Source: a virus
Taxonomy: Duplodnaviria; Caudoviricetes
DNA length: 64,000 nt
Virus record (IMG/VR): IMGVR_UViG_3300025137_005045
Strand: one strand, 5' to 3'
Shown: one piece after another, positions 1 to 10,360 of the stretch
Layout: each line of letters begins with the position of its first letter
How positions within the stretch are numbered: the first letter of the stretch is position 1
Notes under the pieces: generated by a model
What the model was told of the DNA's origin: nothing
What the model saw: only the letters and a program-made list of their open reading frames with translations
The model's database searches: none
Program-made: the position numbers and the translations under genes

Positions 1-987
1 AGATCATTACCCAAGCAAGCTGAAGACATCACAATTAAATGGGACGGAAAACCTGCGATTGTTTTTGGACGTAATCCACAAGGACAGTTTGTGTTAACAG
101 ACAAGTCAGGATTCACTGCTAAAGGTTATAATGGATTAGCAACAAGCTCAACACAATTAGAAAAGATAATGCAACAACGTGGTGGCGAACGAGGTGATCT
201 TGTTAACATGTATAAAACTATATGGCCTGCACTAGAAGCACAAACACCAAAAGGTATGAAAGGTTATCTTATGGGTGACTTGCTATATGTAGGTACACCA
301 AAAGAAAGCAACGGTAGGTATACCTTTACTCCAAACACGGTTTCATATGCAATAGACAAAAGCACAGATCTAGGTGATCAGATAGGTAACAGTGTGGCCG
401 CATTAGCAGTACACACATTCAAAAGAAGTCCTGAAGATGCAGGACAACCATTCAGCGATATTGCACAACTAGGACAAGGTCAAGTATTAATACTAGGTCC
501 TAAAATGTCACAAACACCAACAGTTGATGTTCCAGAAGCACAATTGAGTGAACTTGAATCAACAATAAGAAAGAACTCAGATAAAATTGATGTGTTGTTT
601 AATCCAGCAAGCCTACGTGAGTATCAACTTTCTAACTTGCCGGCACTAATGAAACAGTACGGTAATCAAAAAGTTCGACAGGGTAACTTTAGTAACATGG
701 CAGAAGGCTTCTTGGAATTTGCGTCAACTAAAGTAACTCCTCAGAAATTGGAAAGATTAACTGAATTTTCCACAGACAATGCTCGTGCATTAGAACTAAC
801 GTTTACATTGTTTAGAATGATAGGTGCTATTAAAACTAAAATTGTTAGACAACTGGACAGTGCCAGTTCAGGTGTAGAAGCAAGTATAGATGGCGAACCA
901 GGACATGAAGGATATGTTACTAGTGGTATTAAACTTGTGGATAGATTACGATTTTCAAAATCAAACTTTGCAAAGAATTTACAATAA
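1..987 (+). CDS. Conserved phage protein with TIKWDGKPA motif (ligase-like nucleotidyltransferase, DUF6267-like); 5'-truncated by window edge
   Basis: Frame 1 is open from base 1 (RSLPKQAEDITIKWDGKPAIVFGRNP...), upstream of the tracked GTG at 91; KxDG motif. Confidence 0.6.
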   Translation, partial: RSLPKQAEDITIKWDGKPAIVFGRNPQGQFVLTDKSGFTAKGYNGLATSSTQLEKIMQQRGGERGDLVNMYKTIWPALEAQTPKGMKGYLMGDLLYVGTPKESNGRYTFTPNTVSYAIDKSTDLGDQIGNSVAALAVHTFKRSPEDAGQPFSDIAQLGQGQVLILGPKMSQTPTVDVPEAQLSELESTIRKNSDKIDVLFNPASLREYQLSNLPALMKQYGNQKVRQGNFSNMAEGFLEFASTKVTPQKLERLTEFSTDNARALELTFTLFRMIGAIKTKIVRQLDSASSGVEASIDGEPGHEGYVTSGIKLVDRLRFSKSNFAKNLQ

Positions 988-1553
988 TGGAATTTATTAA
1001 AGACATAACAGAATCAAGAATGTATCGTAGACTAGGACAGCTCACAGGCAAAAATGTCAATGATCTAGCTAGTCAAACATTTACACATCTATTGATGTTA
1101 AGATCATTGTACGATTTAGATAAGCCCAAGGCAGTTAAATATGCCAAAGAAATAGTAAACAATCTAAACTTCAATGGTTTTAGGGCAAGCATGCCGGATT
1201 TATATAACATGTTGGTCATGATCATAGAACAGAAAAAGTACGGTGACAGGCTGTTTAACAATTGGGAAGTAACTGTTCCTGAAATGCGTATCAAACGTGT
1301 GTTTAGAGCTATGGCACAGGGGGAACTAGATTCCAATGACTTTGCACAACTAATGTTAATCCTACAACGCAAGTTTCCAAAAATAGACGGTGACCAAATG
1401 CGTATGCGTAGAATGGTACAGGATAGTACAAAATCTACAGCATCTGATCGTAAATGGATGCACAAACGCCTTATACAGATGTCAAGAAGGATAGTTAATT
1501 CAGACTTACATCAGCTATATCAACAGGTTAGTGGAGTAAAACTAGACACATAA
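987..1553 (+). CDS. Hypothetical phage protein
   Basis: 188 aa ORF coupled to the previous stop (TAATG). Confidence 0.7.
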   Translation: MEFIKDITESRMYRRLGQLTGKNVNDLASQTFTHLLMLRSLYDLDKPKAVKYAKEIVNNLNFNGFRASMPDLYNMLVMIIEQKKYGDRLFNNWEVTVPEMRIKRVFRAMAQGELDSNDFAQLMLILQRKFPKIDGDQMRMRRMVQDSTKSTASDRKWMHKRLIQMSRRIVNSDLHQLYQQVSGVKLDT

Positions 1554-1569
1554 TTTTGGTATTTTTGAC

Positions 1570-1575
1570 TAAATA
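1570..1575 (+). promoter_or_regulatory. T4-like late promoter box TAAATA (representative of a recurrent motif)
   Basis: TAAATA lies shortly upstream of many genes: 1570, 2026, 2744, 10327, 19900, 25924, 30273, 30796, 32356, 37802, 41067, 42851, 43182, 46927, 49248, 49684; full TATAAATA at 30271, 46925, 49246. Resembles the gp55 consensus. The sequence is AT-rich, so some hits may be chance. Confidence 0.7.
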
Positions 1576-1620
1576 AGTGCAGGGAAGAAACAAATTCCCA
1601 CTTATTAGGAGAAACATATT

Positions 1621-1968
1621 ATGGCAGTAGTAACTAGAGTACATCCAGTAACATCAGCGATTGGTGTTGAAACAGCAGGTAACTTGCAGTTTTTCACTGT
1701 AACATACCCAAGTGCAGTAAACACTAAAACTGGTCCTGAGTCAACACAAGAAGCAGTTAAAAGAGCCATTGGCGATCTTGCAACAATTATTGCAATTGGA
1801 ACCTTAGGTAACTCAAACACAGAGCAAACATTTGCTGTTGAAGCAATTGGTGGCGATAATGTTACAGCGACATTACTTGATGCGGCATTTGATGCATTAG
1901 GTACAGTAGATTCAATTAACTGTGCTAACGTAACAACAACACTTAAAGATTTATACATATCCGTATAA
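1621..1968 (+). CDS. Small putative virion structural protein
   Basis: Late box at 1570, AGGAG SD, Ala/Thr/Val-rich 115 aa, own terminator. Confidence 0.5.
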   Translation: MAVVTRVHPVTSAIGVETAGNLQFFTVTYPSAVNTKTGPESTQEAVKRAIGDLATIIAIGTLGNSNTEQTFAVEAIGGDNVTATLLDAAFDALGTVDSINCANVTTTLKDLYISV

Positions 1969-1990
1969 GTTAGTATAAGTTTTATTAAAG

Positions 1991-2020
1991 AACCCTACTT
2001 TTTAAGTGGGGTTTTTTATT
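1991..2020 (+). terminator. Rho-independent terminator
   Basis: AACCCTACT-tttta-AGTGGGGTT stem followed by T-run. Confidence 0.8.
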
Positions 2021-2036
2021 GGTGGTAAATATCTAT

Positions 2037-2312
2037 ATGAAACAACAAGACTTAATGCAACAAGATATGTTTGACGACTCTACCCAATGGATATATGAAT
2101 CACCTGATCAAGGTAAGACTGTGTATCGTAGAAAACTTGGGTCTGAGCCTGGTGATCGTGAAAGAATATCCACTGGCACTTTCGATAATGATTTTGACTA
2201 TGCTCATTTTGTTTATAGACAGGATTGGGACGAGCTAGCAGGAAAACACCCGGGCATTAAGGAATATCTCGACAAGCTAAGAATGTTAATAGCACTAGTA
2301 GATGAAAAATGA
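2037..2312 (+). CDS. Hypothetical phage protein
   Basis: ORF; ATG at 2037 preferred over TTG at 2019. Confidence 0.6.
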   Translation: MKQQDLMQQDMFDDSTQWIYESPDQGKTVYRRKLGSEPGDRERISTGTFDNDFDYAHFVYRQDWDELAGKHPGIKEYLDKLRMLIALVDEK

Positions 2313-2737
2313 TAGTCTGCTGGACATTAGCTGATATCACATCAACAGGATATACTCGTAGGCCTAGCAATATCAAAGAATCTAAAAAACGTAATCAACA
2401 ACGTAACTACGAAACATTTTTACAGTTGATATCGATGCGTAATCAACCAACGGTTGTAATCGAACCTACAATGATGAATGATAGAGATATTACAGTAATG
2501 CCATTTGGTAAATCATATTTTCAGGACCTAGGATTCAAATATAATGTATGGATGTTTGCATTTGAGTGCGAACAAGAAACTGTATTTTCAAACGCAAGTA
2601 GTCAACTTGGCATGTTATTAGACGACTTTGACGGTGTTCCTATCATAACAGACCTAGATGAAAATGCTAAAATATCTAATACAATCAACACTATAGGTGA
2701 AAAGTGTAATACCTTTTTCCTACACCAAAACCAATAG
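2309..2737 (+). CDS. Hypothetical phage protein
   Basis: 142 aa ORF, ATGA overlap with upstream gene. Confidence 0.65.
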   Translation: MIVCWTLADITSTGYTRRPSNIKESKKRNQQRNYETFLQLISMRNQPTVVIEPTMMNDRDITVMPFGKSYFQDLGFKYNVWMFAFECEQETVFSNASSQLGMLLDDFDGVPIITDLDENAKISNTINTIGEKCNTFFLHQNQ

Positions 2738-2850
2738 AAGTGATAAATAAACGCAAAGCATCACAGAACGAACACACACACTAGGCACATTAAGGCTCAT
2801 TACAAACACACTAGTTTCAGTGATAAAAACCTATTGACGGAATTTATAAA

Positions 2851-3129
2851 ATGAGTGCTGTGAAAATCGAAAAACGAAACCTAGAAGCCCACGTGGAATT
2901 GTGTGCAGAGAGGTATGACGCATTGGAAGAAAAACTAGACGCGGTTGAAAAGAAAGTAGGCGCCCTTGAAACAGTTGTTCATGAGATCAAAGCAATGATC
3001 ACACATAACAATAGTTCACGACAAAAACAATTGATCAAATATAGTGTAACTATAATTGGATCTTTACTCGTATTAGTAGGATGGATGGTGGTGCACTTTA
3101 TGGTCCCATACATTTTTACAACAGTATAA
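2851..3129 (+). CDS. Coiled-coil protein with C-terminal TM helix (XhlA/holin-accessory-like)
   Basis: Heptad-rich N-terminus, hydrophobic SVTIIGSLLVLVGWMVVHFMV tail. Confidence 0.5.
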   Translation: MSAVKIEKRNLEAHVELCAERYDALEEKLDAVEKKVGALETVVHEIKAMITHNNSSRQKQLIKYSVTIIGSLLVLVGWMVVHFMVPYIFTTV

Positions 3130-3131
3130 CT

Positions 3132-3602
3132 ATGTCTGCGGCGAGCCCAACATTTAAGAAATTTAATACACTCGCTCAGCAGAGTCTAGCATCAATATCT
3201 AAAAATATAATCGTAAAAAAACAAAACACCTATGAAGTATTTGGAAAATTTCAAATACGTAAACAAGAAGATGGCTTTGTTGTTTTTCATAATGACAAAC
3301 AAATTAACACTTTTTATTCTTCACGTAACGCACTTAGCTATTGTATATTCGAAAAAAACTTTAAGTACAATGAATCTAAATTACTAGAAAGATTGGACAG
3401 CAGATTACAGTCAAAATTATTTGATATTGAAGTAGCAAAAAATACTTTAACCAATTCAAAAGATAGTTTTAAGAAATTTAACGCATTGGCTAGAGTTGAG
3501 TTATATATAGATGAAACAAAAATTATTAAAGAACAAATTAACGAAGTAGTCGAGAAGGCTAAATACTTCCAACAAAGGGAATTAGACAATGAAGTTAACT
3601 GA
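3132..3602 (+). CDS. Hypothetical phage protein
   Basis: ORF; ATG 3132 directly after upstream stop. Confidence 0.6.
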   Translation: MSAASPTFKKFNTLAQQSLASISKNIIVKKQNTYEVFGKFQIRKQEDGFVVFHNDKQINTFYSSRNALSYCIFEKNFKYNESKLLERLDSRLQSKLFDIEVAKNTLTNSKDSFKKFNALARVELYIDETKIIKEQINEVVEKAKYFQQRELDNEVN

Positions 3603-4629
3603 TATACAACCAAAAACAGACGCTAAATTTATTAGCCGAGTAATTAATAATTACTTTGCTTCAAAAGTAGATGTTCCTGCATTGAAAGAAGGCAATGCTC
3701 GTACAATGCTTACCAAAGTAAAAGCGTTAATTAACGAAACTAAAAGCACACATAAGTTCCATACCAGTGAGAAAAGCCCAGCTTATCTACAATTGCTTTT
3801 GATGGAACAAGCATTACAATCTCAATTAAAAGAGTATGGTGCTGATAGTTCAAGATATCAGAGCGGAACTGCATATACAAGCCCTACATCATCGGTAATG
3901 GCTGACATTAAACCCGAGGATGACAAAGAAGATGACATGGAAGAAGATGTTAAAGAGGCTGAAATGCCTATGCCACAAGACTTTGTACCAGAACCTGTAG
4001 TAGCACAAACAATCAAAGATCTAGGACCTGGATTAGATCCAATGGCCAATGGCTTTTATGACCTAGCATACGGAAAACTGCTTAGTAATTATCTAGCACA
4101 GGAAACTCCAGAAATTAAGAAAAAATTTCAAATAAGCTGGAATTTAGCTTGGGCAAAACAAATGAGAGAGCTGTACAGTAGGGAGTACGGTGGATATCAA
4201 AAAAGACCAGTTAAAGAAGATAAGTTAACTGAAAGTGAAGTAGAAACAGCACAGGTTGTTTTAGCGGCACAGGACATGGTTGATAAAATTGCAGGTTGGA
4301 CGGAAGATGTTGCAGATATGCAATACAAAGATTTACCTGGTCTTGTTGAAATGATGCGTAATGAAGTTGGTGTCAATGAAGCACAAGCATTCTTAGATGC
4401 ACAAACAGCAACATTAACAACACTATTAGACTCATTGGAACAAGCAAAAACAGAAGCAACAACAGCTATGGCTCCTTTAACAGGTGAACAAGCAGTTGAT
4501 CCAAGCGAATTTAGTAAAGAGCCAGATCTAGATGCCGGTGTTGACAATGATACTCCACCTGACGTGGATAGTGACGGTGATATCACGGAACCAGATCTAG
4601 AACCAGATCTTGGCAGAGAAAGAAGATAA
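3589..4629 (+). CDS. Acidic hypothetical phage protein (scaffold-like)
   Basis: 346 aa, D/E-rich, low-complexity acidic C-terminus. Confidence 0.6.
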   Translation: MKLTDIQPKTDAKFISRVINNYFASKVDVPALKEGNARTMLTKVKALINETKSTHKFHTSEKSPAYLQLLLMEQALQSQLKEYGADSSRYQSGTAYTSPTSSVMADIKPEDDKEDDMEEDVKEAEMPMPQDFVPEPVVAQTIKDLGPGLDPMANGFYDLAYGKLLSNYLAQETPEIKKKFQISWNLAWAKQMRELYSREYGGYQKRPVKEDKLTESEVETAQVVLAAQDMVDKIAGWTEDVADMQYKDLPGLVEMMRNEVGVNEAQAFLDAQTATLTTLLDSLEQAKTEATTAMAPLTGEQAVDPSEFSKEPDLDAGVDNDTPPDVDSDGDITEPDLEPDLGRERR

Positions 4630-4950
4630 ATGAAACTGTTTGAGGTCAACGGACAAGCATTAGAATTGGCCGCAATAATACAATATCTAATAGGTAAGAG
4701 TGACGAGCTAAAAACTAAACCTCAAATTAAAACAGATACATTTATTGATATGGCAAGACAGGCAGGTATAAACATATCACTTGATAATTTACAAGCATTA
4801 TCAACTCAAAATCCTTTGAAAAACATGATTACTCAGATAAATCAAGACACAATTGAATTTGGTATCTCGAACGATTTAAAAATGCCAGTTGATAAAGCAA
4901 GAGATGTTGTTAAAAAAATGGCAAAAAGATCCTTAGGTAAAAGAACTTAG
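4630..4950 (+). CDS. Hypothetical phage protein
   Basis: 106 aa ORF adjacent to upstream stop. Confidence 0.65.
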   Translation: MKLFEVNGQALELAAIIQYLIGKSDELKTKPQIKTDTFIDMARQAGINISLDNLQALSTQNPLKNMITQINQDTIEFGISNDLKMPVDKARDVVKKMAKRSLGKRT

Positions 4951-4971
4951 ATAACTATTAACATGCTCTAC

Positions 4972-5005
4972 AAAAGCTCATACTCTAGCCAGAATGAGCT
5001 TTTTT
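4972..5005 (+). terminator. Rho-independent terminator
   Basis: AAAAGCTCAT...ATGAGCTTTT inverted repeat with T-run. Confidence 0.75.
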
Positions 5006-5017
5006 AACCTCTCTGGG

Positions 5018-5046
5018 TTGACATCACCCGCTAAATAACGTAGTAT
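5018..5046 (+). promoter_or_regulatory. sigma70-type promoter for the isc cluster
   Basis: TTGACA-17 nt-TAGTAT, with a TAAATA box nested in the spacer. Confidence 0.6.
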
Positions 5047-5098
5047 ACAATTAATTATACAAGGAGTAATTGTCATAATAACAAATGAAAAACAAGTA

Positions 5099-6301
5099 AT
5101 GCCAATTTATATGGATTATTCTTCAACTACTCCTGTAGACCCTAGAGTGGCAGAAAAGATGATTCCATTTATTACTGAAGATTTTGGTAATCCAGCATCG
5201 CGAAGTCACCCATATGGTTGGACAGCTGACAAAGCTGTTGAGTCAGCAAGAAAGGAAGTTGCAAAGTTAGTGAATGCAGATGCCAGAGAAATTGTTTGGA
5301 CCTCAGGTGCCACTGAATCAAATAACTTAGCAATTAAAGGGGCGGGGAATTTTTATTCGGCTAAAGGTAAACATATTATTACCCTAGCCACCGAGCACAA
5401 AGCAGTAATTGATGCAGTAAGGGAAATGGAGCGTATTGGATATGAAGCAACATTTCTTACCCCTGAGCCAAATGGTTTGGTCGATATCGAAAAATTTAAA
5501 GATGCAATTAGACCAGATACAGTTCTGGCATCAGTAATGATGGTTAATAATGAGATTGGAGTGATTCAAGATATTGATGCACTTGGTAAGGTATGTAGAG
5601 CAGAAAAAATTATTTTTCATGTAGATGCCGCTCAGGCTACTGGAAAAGTAGAGATTGATCTTGAAAAATTACCGGTTGACCTTATGAGTTTTTCAGCCCA
5701 TAAAACGTACGGTCCAAAAGGTGTAGGTGCTTTATACGTAAGACGTAAACCAAGAATTAGAATACAAGCTCAAATACACGGAGGTGGTCACGAAAGAGGT
5801 ATGCGTTCAGGTACGTTAGCCACCCATCAGATTGTTGGTATGGGAGAAGCTTTTAGGATTGCCAGAGAAGAAATGCAAGAAGAGAATGCTCGTATAAAAA
5901 AGTTACAATTACGTCTTTTATCTGGGCTAACAGTCATTGACGAAACTTACGTTAACGGAGATTTAACAAATAGAGTTCCTCATAATTTAAATATTAGTTT
6001 CAACTACGTTGAGGGTGAATCATTGATTATGGCAATTAAAGGTATTGCAGTATCCAGTGGTTCTGCTTGTACATCAGCCAGCCTTGAGCCAAGTTATGTA
6101 TTAAGGGCATTAGGAAGAAATGATGAATTAGCTCATAGCTCAATAAGATTTTCTATTGGTCGTTACACAAAAGAAGAGGATATTGACTATACGATAAAAT
6201 TATTCAAAGAAAAGATTGGGAAATTAAGGGAACTATCCCCTCTTTGGGAAATGTTTCAAGATGGTGTTGACATAGAAAAAATCGAATGGGAAACACATTA
6301 A
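5099..6301 (+). CDS. iscS: Cysteine desulfurase IscS
   Basis: [10 protein letters not shown] start, PLP lysine [10 protein letters not shown], catalytic SSGSACTS. Confidence 0.97.
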   Translation: MPIYMDYSSTTPVDPRVAEKMIPFITEDFGNPASRSHPYGWTADKAVESARKEVAKLVNADAREIVWTSGATESNNLAIKGAGNFYSAKGKHIITLATEHKAVIDAVREMERIGYEATFLTPEPNGLVDIEKFKDAIRPDTVLASVMMVNNEIGVIQDIDALGKVCRAEKIIFHVDAAQATGKVEIDLEKLPVDLMSFSAHKTYGPKGVGALYVRRKPRIRIQAQIHGGGHERGMRSGTLATHQIVGMGEAFRIAREEMQEENARIKKLQLRLLSGLTVIDETYVNGDLTNRVPHNLNISFNYVEGESLIMAIKGIAVSSGSACTSASLEPSYVLRALGRNDELAHSSIRFSIGRYTKEEDIDYTIKLFKEKIGKLRELSPLWEMFQDGVDIEKIEWETH

Positions 6302-6321
6302 AATTTTAGGAGAAGTTAATT

Positions 6322-6711
6322 ATGGCTTATAGCGATAAAGTATTAGATCATTATGAGAATCCTCGTAATGTAGGATCGTTAGACAAAACCGATCCGTCAG
6401 TGGGAACTGGCATGGTAGGTGCTCCTGCTTGTGGTGATGTAATGAAGTTACAAATACAGGTAGAGGAAGGCATGATTAAGGATGCTAAGTTTAAAACATA
6501 TGGCTGTGGCTCAGCAATAGCAAGTTCAAGCCTAGTAACAGAAATGCTTAAAGGCATGCACATAAACGATGCACATGAAATTAAAAACTCAGCAATCGCA
6601 GAAGAACTAGCACTACCTCCAGTAAAGATACATTGCTCTGTGCTAGCAGAAGATGCTATTAAATCAGCGATAGCAGATTACAAAAAGAAAAATGATGAGC
6701 CAACCAGTTGA
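6322..6711 (+). CDS. iscU: Fe-S scaffold IscU
   Basis: MAYSDKVLDHYENPRNVG, GAPACGD, GCGSAIASSS, LPPVKIHC. Confidence 0.97.
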   Translation: MAYSDKVLDHYENPRNVGSLDKTDPSVGTGMVGAPACGDVMKLQIQVEEGMIKDAKFKTYGCGSAIASSSLVTEMLKGMHINDAHEIKNSAIAEELALPPVKIHCSVLAEDAIKSAIADYKKKNDEPTS

Positions 6712-6871
6712 AACACCTTGTATGGCAATATGCAGAACAGAAAATGACGTTTGTATTGGATGTGGAAGAACAACAGAAGAAATTGAAAAATGGCTCGACT
6801 ACACGGACAATGAACGTAAAATCGTAATGGAAAGATTAGAATCATCATTTGATGACCTAGACCTATTTTGA
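6692..6871 (+). CDS. DUF1289-like small Cys-rich protein (not in ORF track, 59 aa)
   Basis: Hand translation MMSQPVETPCMAICRTENDVCIGCGRTTEEIEKW...; PCxxIC...CxGCxRTxxEIxxW pattern. Confidence 0.8.
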   Translation: MMSQPVETPCMAICRTENDVCIGCGRTTEEIEKWLDYTDNERKIVMERLESSFDDLDLF

Positions 6872-8937
6872 TGCAAAAGAAAAATATCTATTTGTGGTCG
6901 AATGGGATAACCGGTAAGGTATTACCCATACTATGGTTTTCTGCAAAAACATACTACGAAGAATATGGAAATAAAATAGATCAATGGCTCTGGCACGAAC
7001 CTTTTATACACGAATGGTCAGATGAAAAACTATTTGCATATCTCAAAGACAATCCCCCTGCAATTTTTGGTTTTTCTGTATATGTTTGGAGTTACAGTAA
7101 AATAGAAAAATTGTCAAAAAAAATATCAGAGCTATATCCTGATTGTTTAATAATATGGGGAGGTCCTCAAATTTCTATCAAATATGAGAATGATTTCTTT
7201 ACTAAACATCCAGAAGTTAAGATTGTTGTACCAAGTGATGTTTATGGTGAAGCTATATTATGTCATATACTTGATAAATTTAATAACGGTAAAGTAAAAG
7301 AAGTAGACATTCCTGAAATTTATTATCAAAGAAGTGGAATGAAATTAAAGTCTAAAATACCATTTATTAAAAAAGATTTTGTATGGCCTACTAATATATT
7401 TAAAGCACAAAAAGATTATTTTCACAGTGATATGGCTAATAGTTTAGCTATATACGAATCAACTCGAGGATGTCCTTACCGATGTAGCTATTGTGATTGG
7501 GGAGGCGGAACATTTACTAAAACAATTAAAAAACCATTAGAAACAGTTTTCTCTGAGTTAGAGTTTCTTGCTGAACAAAAAGTAGAATGGTTTTATTTTG
7601 CTGATGCAAATTTTGGTATCTTTAAGGATAGAGATTTGCAGATAATAGAATATGTAGCAAAGTTAAAAGAAAGATTCGGCTATCCTCAAATAGTAAACGT
7701 TGAAAATGCTAAAAATAATTTAGAAAGAGTATTACAAATACAAGAAATATTAATAAAAAATAAATTAGCACCTTTTTATAAAATATCAATACAAAGTGTA
7801 CATGACGATGTTAAAAAAAATATTGAAAGAGTAGATATTCCATTTGAGGAACAGTACGAAAAAGTTAAAGAACTACAAAATAAGTATGATGCACCGATCT
7901 TAATTGAAACTATTTTAGGATTACCGGGAGACAGCTATAAAAAAACTTTAGAAACTATCGAAGTACTTGAAACTAAAGAAATTGGTAGCTTTAGGCCTGC
8001 GATATGGAATTTACTCCCAGAAGCTCCTGCATATGATCCTGTAGAAAGAAAAAAATGGGGGATTAAAACTAAATGGCTTAAGATAATAACTCATCCTTTT
8101 AGATTAAAAGAAAATAAAAATATCGAAGGAGTAACAGCAACATTTTGGGATAATGACGTATTACTTGAAAATGTTATAGAGACTAAATCTTATGATCGTG
8201 TTGAGTGGTGCGACATGTTTGTATTAACTATAATTAGCGGAACATCAAAATCAATTGGTTTATCTAAATTAGTTAAATATCTCAACGAGGAAGAAAATAT
8301 TCCTATTGTAGAATTTTATAATAGCTTTTATCAAAATTTAGTTAAGAAGAAAAAATTCCTTAATAAAGAGTTAAACGAACGTATAGCCGGACTTCCTACG
8401 ATGCTGTATGACTTAGTTGATCCTGATAGCCCATCTACAGATTTTGATATTAATATAGGTGACTTTTTTCCAGGTTATCTATCACCTAATTTATTTTTTA
8501 TCTTTTCAGTAATGTTACACCCTAGTCAGTTTTATAAATCCATAGAGATGTTAATGTTACCTAGAGTTAAGGATAAGGAAAAATTGCGTGATTTAACAAA
8601 CTATTTAATTAACTCTTTTATTGATATTGACTTTGATCCTAAATTTGGTAGAAAATTTAATACTCAATATAATTGGTTTGAGTACTTTGAGAACGACAAA
8701 TACCAACTTACACCATCACGATACACCTTTAAGGTGTTAGATAAACATCTTAAGTTTGTAGGTAGTATTGATTCTGAGTTTAGTGATTATCCTGAGATTG
8801 ATGATTATAATCAGAAAGTGATTCAATTCTTTTATCATAGAGCCTATAATATGCCTAGGCCAAAGTTTACCAATAATTTAGAACTAGTAAATGATCTTAA
8901 TACAAGTGCTAAATATCATTATGATCTCGTTAACTAA
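6871..8937 (+). CDS. B12-binding-domain radical SAM protein
   Basis: CPYRCSYC motif after ESTRG; N-terminal IFGFSVYVW...IIWGGPQ cobalamin-binding-like region; TGATG coupling. Confidence 0.85.
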   Translation: MQKKNIYLWSNGITGKVLPILWFSAKTYYEEYGNKIDQWLWHEPFIHEWSDEKLFAYLKDNPPAIFGFSVYVWSYSKIEKLSKKISELYPDCLIIWGGPQISIKYENDFFTKHPEVKIVVPSDVYGEAILCHILDKFNNGKVKEVDIPEIYYQRSGMKLKSKIPFIKKDFVWPTNIFKAQKDYFHSDMANSLAIYESTRGCPYRCSYCDWGGGTFTKTIKKPLETVFSELEFLAEQKVEWFYFADANFGIFKDRDLQIIEYVAKLKERFGYPQIVNVENAKNNLERVLQIQEILIKNKLAPFYKISIQSVHDDVKKNIERVDIPFEEQYEKVKELQNKYDAPILIETILGLPGDSYKKTLETIEVLETKEIGSFRPAIWNLLPEAPAYDPVERKKWGIKTKWLKIITHPFRLKENKNIEGVTATFWDNDVLLENVIETKSYDRVEWCDMFVLTIISGTSKSIGLSKLVKYLNEEENIPIVEFYNSFYQNLVKKKKFLNKELNERIAGLPTMLYDLVDPDSPSTDFDINIGDFFPGYLSPNLFFIFSVMLHPSQFYKSIEMLMLPRVKDKEKLRDLTNYLINSFIDIDFDPKFGRKFNTQYNWFEYFENDKYQLTPSRYTFKVLDKHLKFVGSIDSEFSDYPEIDDYNQKVIQFFYHRAYNMPRPKFTNNLELVNDLNTSAKYHYDLVN

Positions 8938-9241
8938 CACAGCCGCTAAAAAAGCAGGCGCCGCAATAGCAAGCAGAAAAAATACTGTAGGTCTTCGTAT
9001 AGGAGTCACAACCACAGGCTGTTCAGGCATGGCCTATGTATTAGAATTTGTTGAAAACATATTACCAGAAGATAATACGTACACTGATAAAGGTGTTACA
9101 CTAGTAATAGACAAGAAAAATTTAACATATCTAGATGGTCTAGAATTAGATTATCAGAAAAAAGGATTAAATGAAGGATTTGAATTTATCAACCCAAACG
9201 AATCAGCAAGATGTGGCTGTGGAGAATCATTTACGGTCTAG
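8921..9241 (+). CDS. iscA: A-type Fe-S carrier IscA/HesB
   Basis: MISLTNTAA start, TTGCSGMAY, CGCGESF. Confidence 0.93.
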   Translation: MISLTNTAAKKAGAAIASRKNTVGLRIGVTTTGCSGMAYVLEFVENILPEDNTYTDKGVTLVIDKKNLTYLDGLELDYQKKGLNEGFEFINPNESARCGCGESFTV

Positions 9242-9279
9242 GGTTGGACACATACACGTACCGAAGGCTGATGGAATAA

Positions 9280-9963
9280 ATGATAACAAACAAATTTGAT
9301 TATAAAAAATTAAAAAGAACAACAACAGAACATCAAAGATTATATCAATGTCCAGATGGTAATGCAGTTCCCAGTGTTACAACAATCCTAGACAAAACTA
9401 AATCAGCAGAAAAAAAGGCAGGACTAGCACGTTGGCGTAAGAGTGTAGGTGAAGCTAAGGCAACAGCAATTGTAACAGAAGCCGCTAATCGTGGAACACG
9501 AATGCACACCTACTTGGAAAAGTATGTGCTAGGCGAAGAATTAAAGGAGTCAGTATCAAATCCATATGCTCAGCAGAGTTTAGACATGGCTAAAATAGTT
9601 GTCGAAGAGGGTCTGTGTAATGTGGATGAGTATTGGGGAACTGAAGTTGCTTTATATTTTCCAAAAATATATGCAGGAACAACTGATCTGGTAGGTGTAC
9701 ACCGAGGTGATAACGCAATACTTGACTTTAAACAAACCAACAAGCCCAAGAAGCGTGAATGGATCGAAGACTACTTTCTACAACTTGCGGCCTATGCAGA
9801 AGCACATAATGAAGTACATGGTACAAATATACGTAAAGGTGTTGTGTTAATGTGTTCAAAAGATTACAAATATCAAGAATTCATAAGTGAAGGCACTGAG
9901 TGGGACATGTGGGTTGACTTATGGTGGAAACGTGTTGAACAATATTATAAACAACATAGATAA
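9280..9963 (+). CDS. PD-(D/E)XK exonuclease (MGME1-like)
   Basis: PSVTTIL, AGTTD...ILDFKQT, QLAAY motifs. Confidence 0.85.
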   Translation: MITNKFDYKKLKRTTTEHQRLYQCPDGNAVPSVTTILDKTKSAEKKAGLARWRKSVGEAKATAIVTEAANRGTRMHTYLEKYVLGEELKESVSNPYAQQSLDMAKIVVEEGLCNVDEYWGTEVALYFPKIYAGTTDLVGVHRGDNAILDFKQTNKPKKREWIEDYFLQLAAYAEAHNEVHGTNIRKGVVLMCSKDYKYQEFISEGTEWDMWVDLWWKRVEQYYKQHR

Positions 9964-10325
9964 TGGAAACTAATCTACTATTTGCACTAGTAATAAAACA
10001 TGTTATATGTGACTTAGGACTACAGAGCCAATTTCTTTGGGGTAAAACACAAAACAAGAAATATTATTTTGGTTGCCATTTACATTATTTCCATCATGGC
10101 TTAGGCACATTAATAGTTGGATTATTTTTTGTTGATCCTCTACTAGCATTAGCATTGTCACTGGTTGATTATGTGGCACATTGGAACATTGATTATTCCA
10201 AACACAGAATCAATAAGGCTTTGTGTGTTACACACAAAGATCTGATGTATTGGTGGATTGCTTCAATTGATCAAGCCCTACATTTCTTAACTTACTATCT
10301 TCTTGTTCTCTATGTTAGTTCCTAG
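9963..10325 (+). CDS. DUF3307-like membrane protein
   Basis: HxxxDxxLQ, HWNID and DQALH motifs within hydrophobic helices. Confidence 0.7.
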   Translation: METNLLFALVIKHVICDLGLQSQFLWGKTQNKKYYFGCHLHYFHHGLGTLIVGLFFVDPLLALALSLVDYVAHWNIDYSKHRINKALCVTHKDLMYWWIASIDQALHFLTYYLLVLYVSS

Positions 10326-10360
10326 ATAAATATACTGATAACAACGGAATATTATAAAAA

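Noticed and set aside
9280-9963. Cas4 / CRISPR adaptation gene
   Set aside because: Lacks the four-Cys Fe-S cage; no cas genes or array nearby; fits a phage PD-(D/E)XK exonuclease
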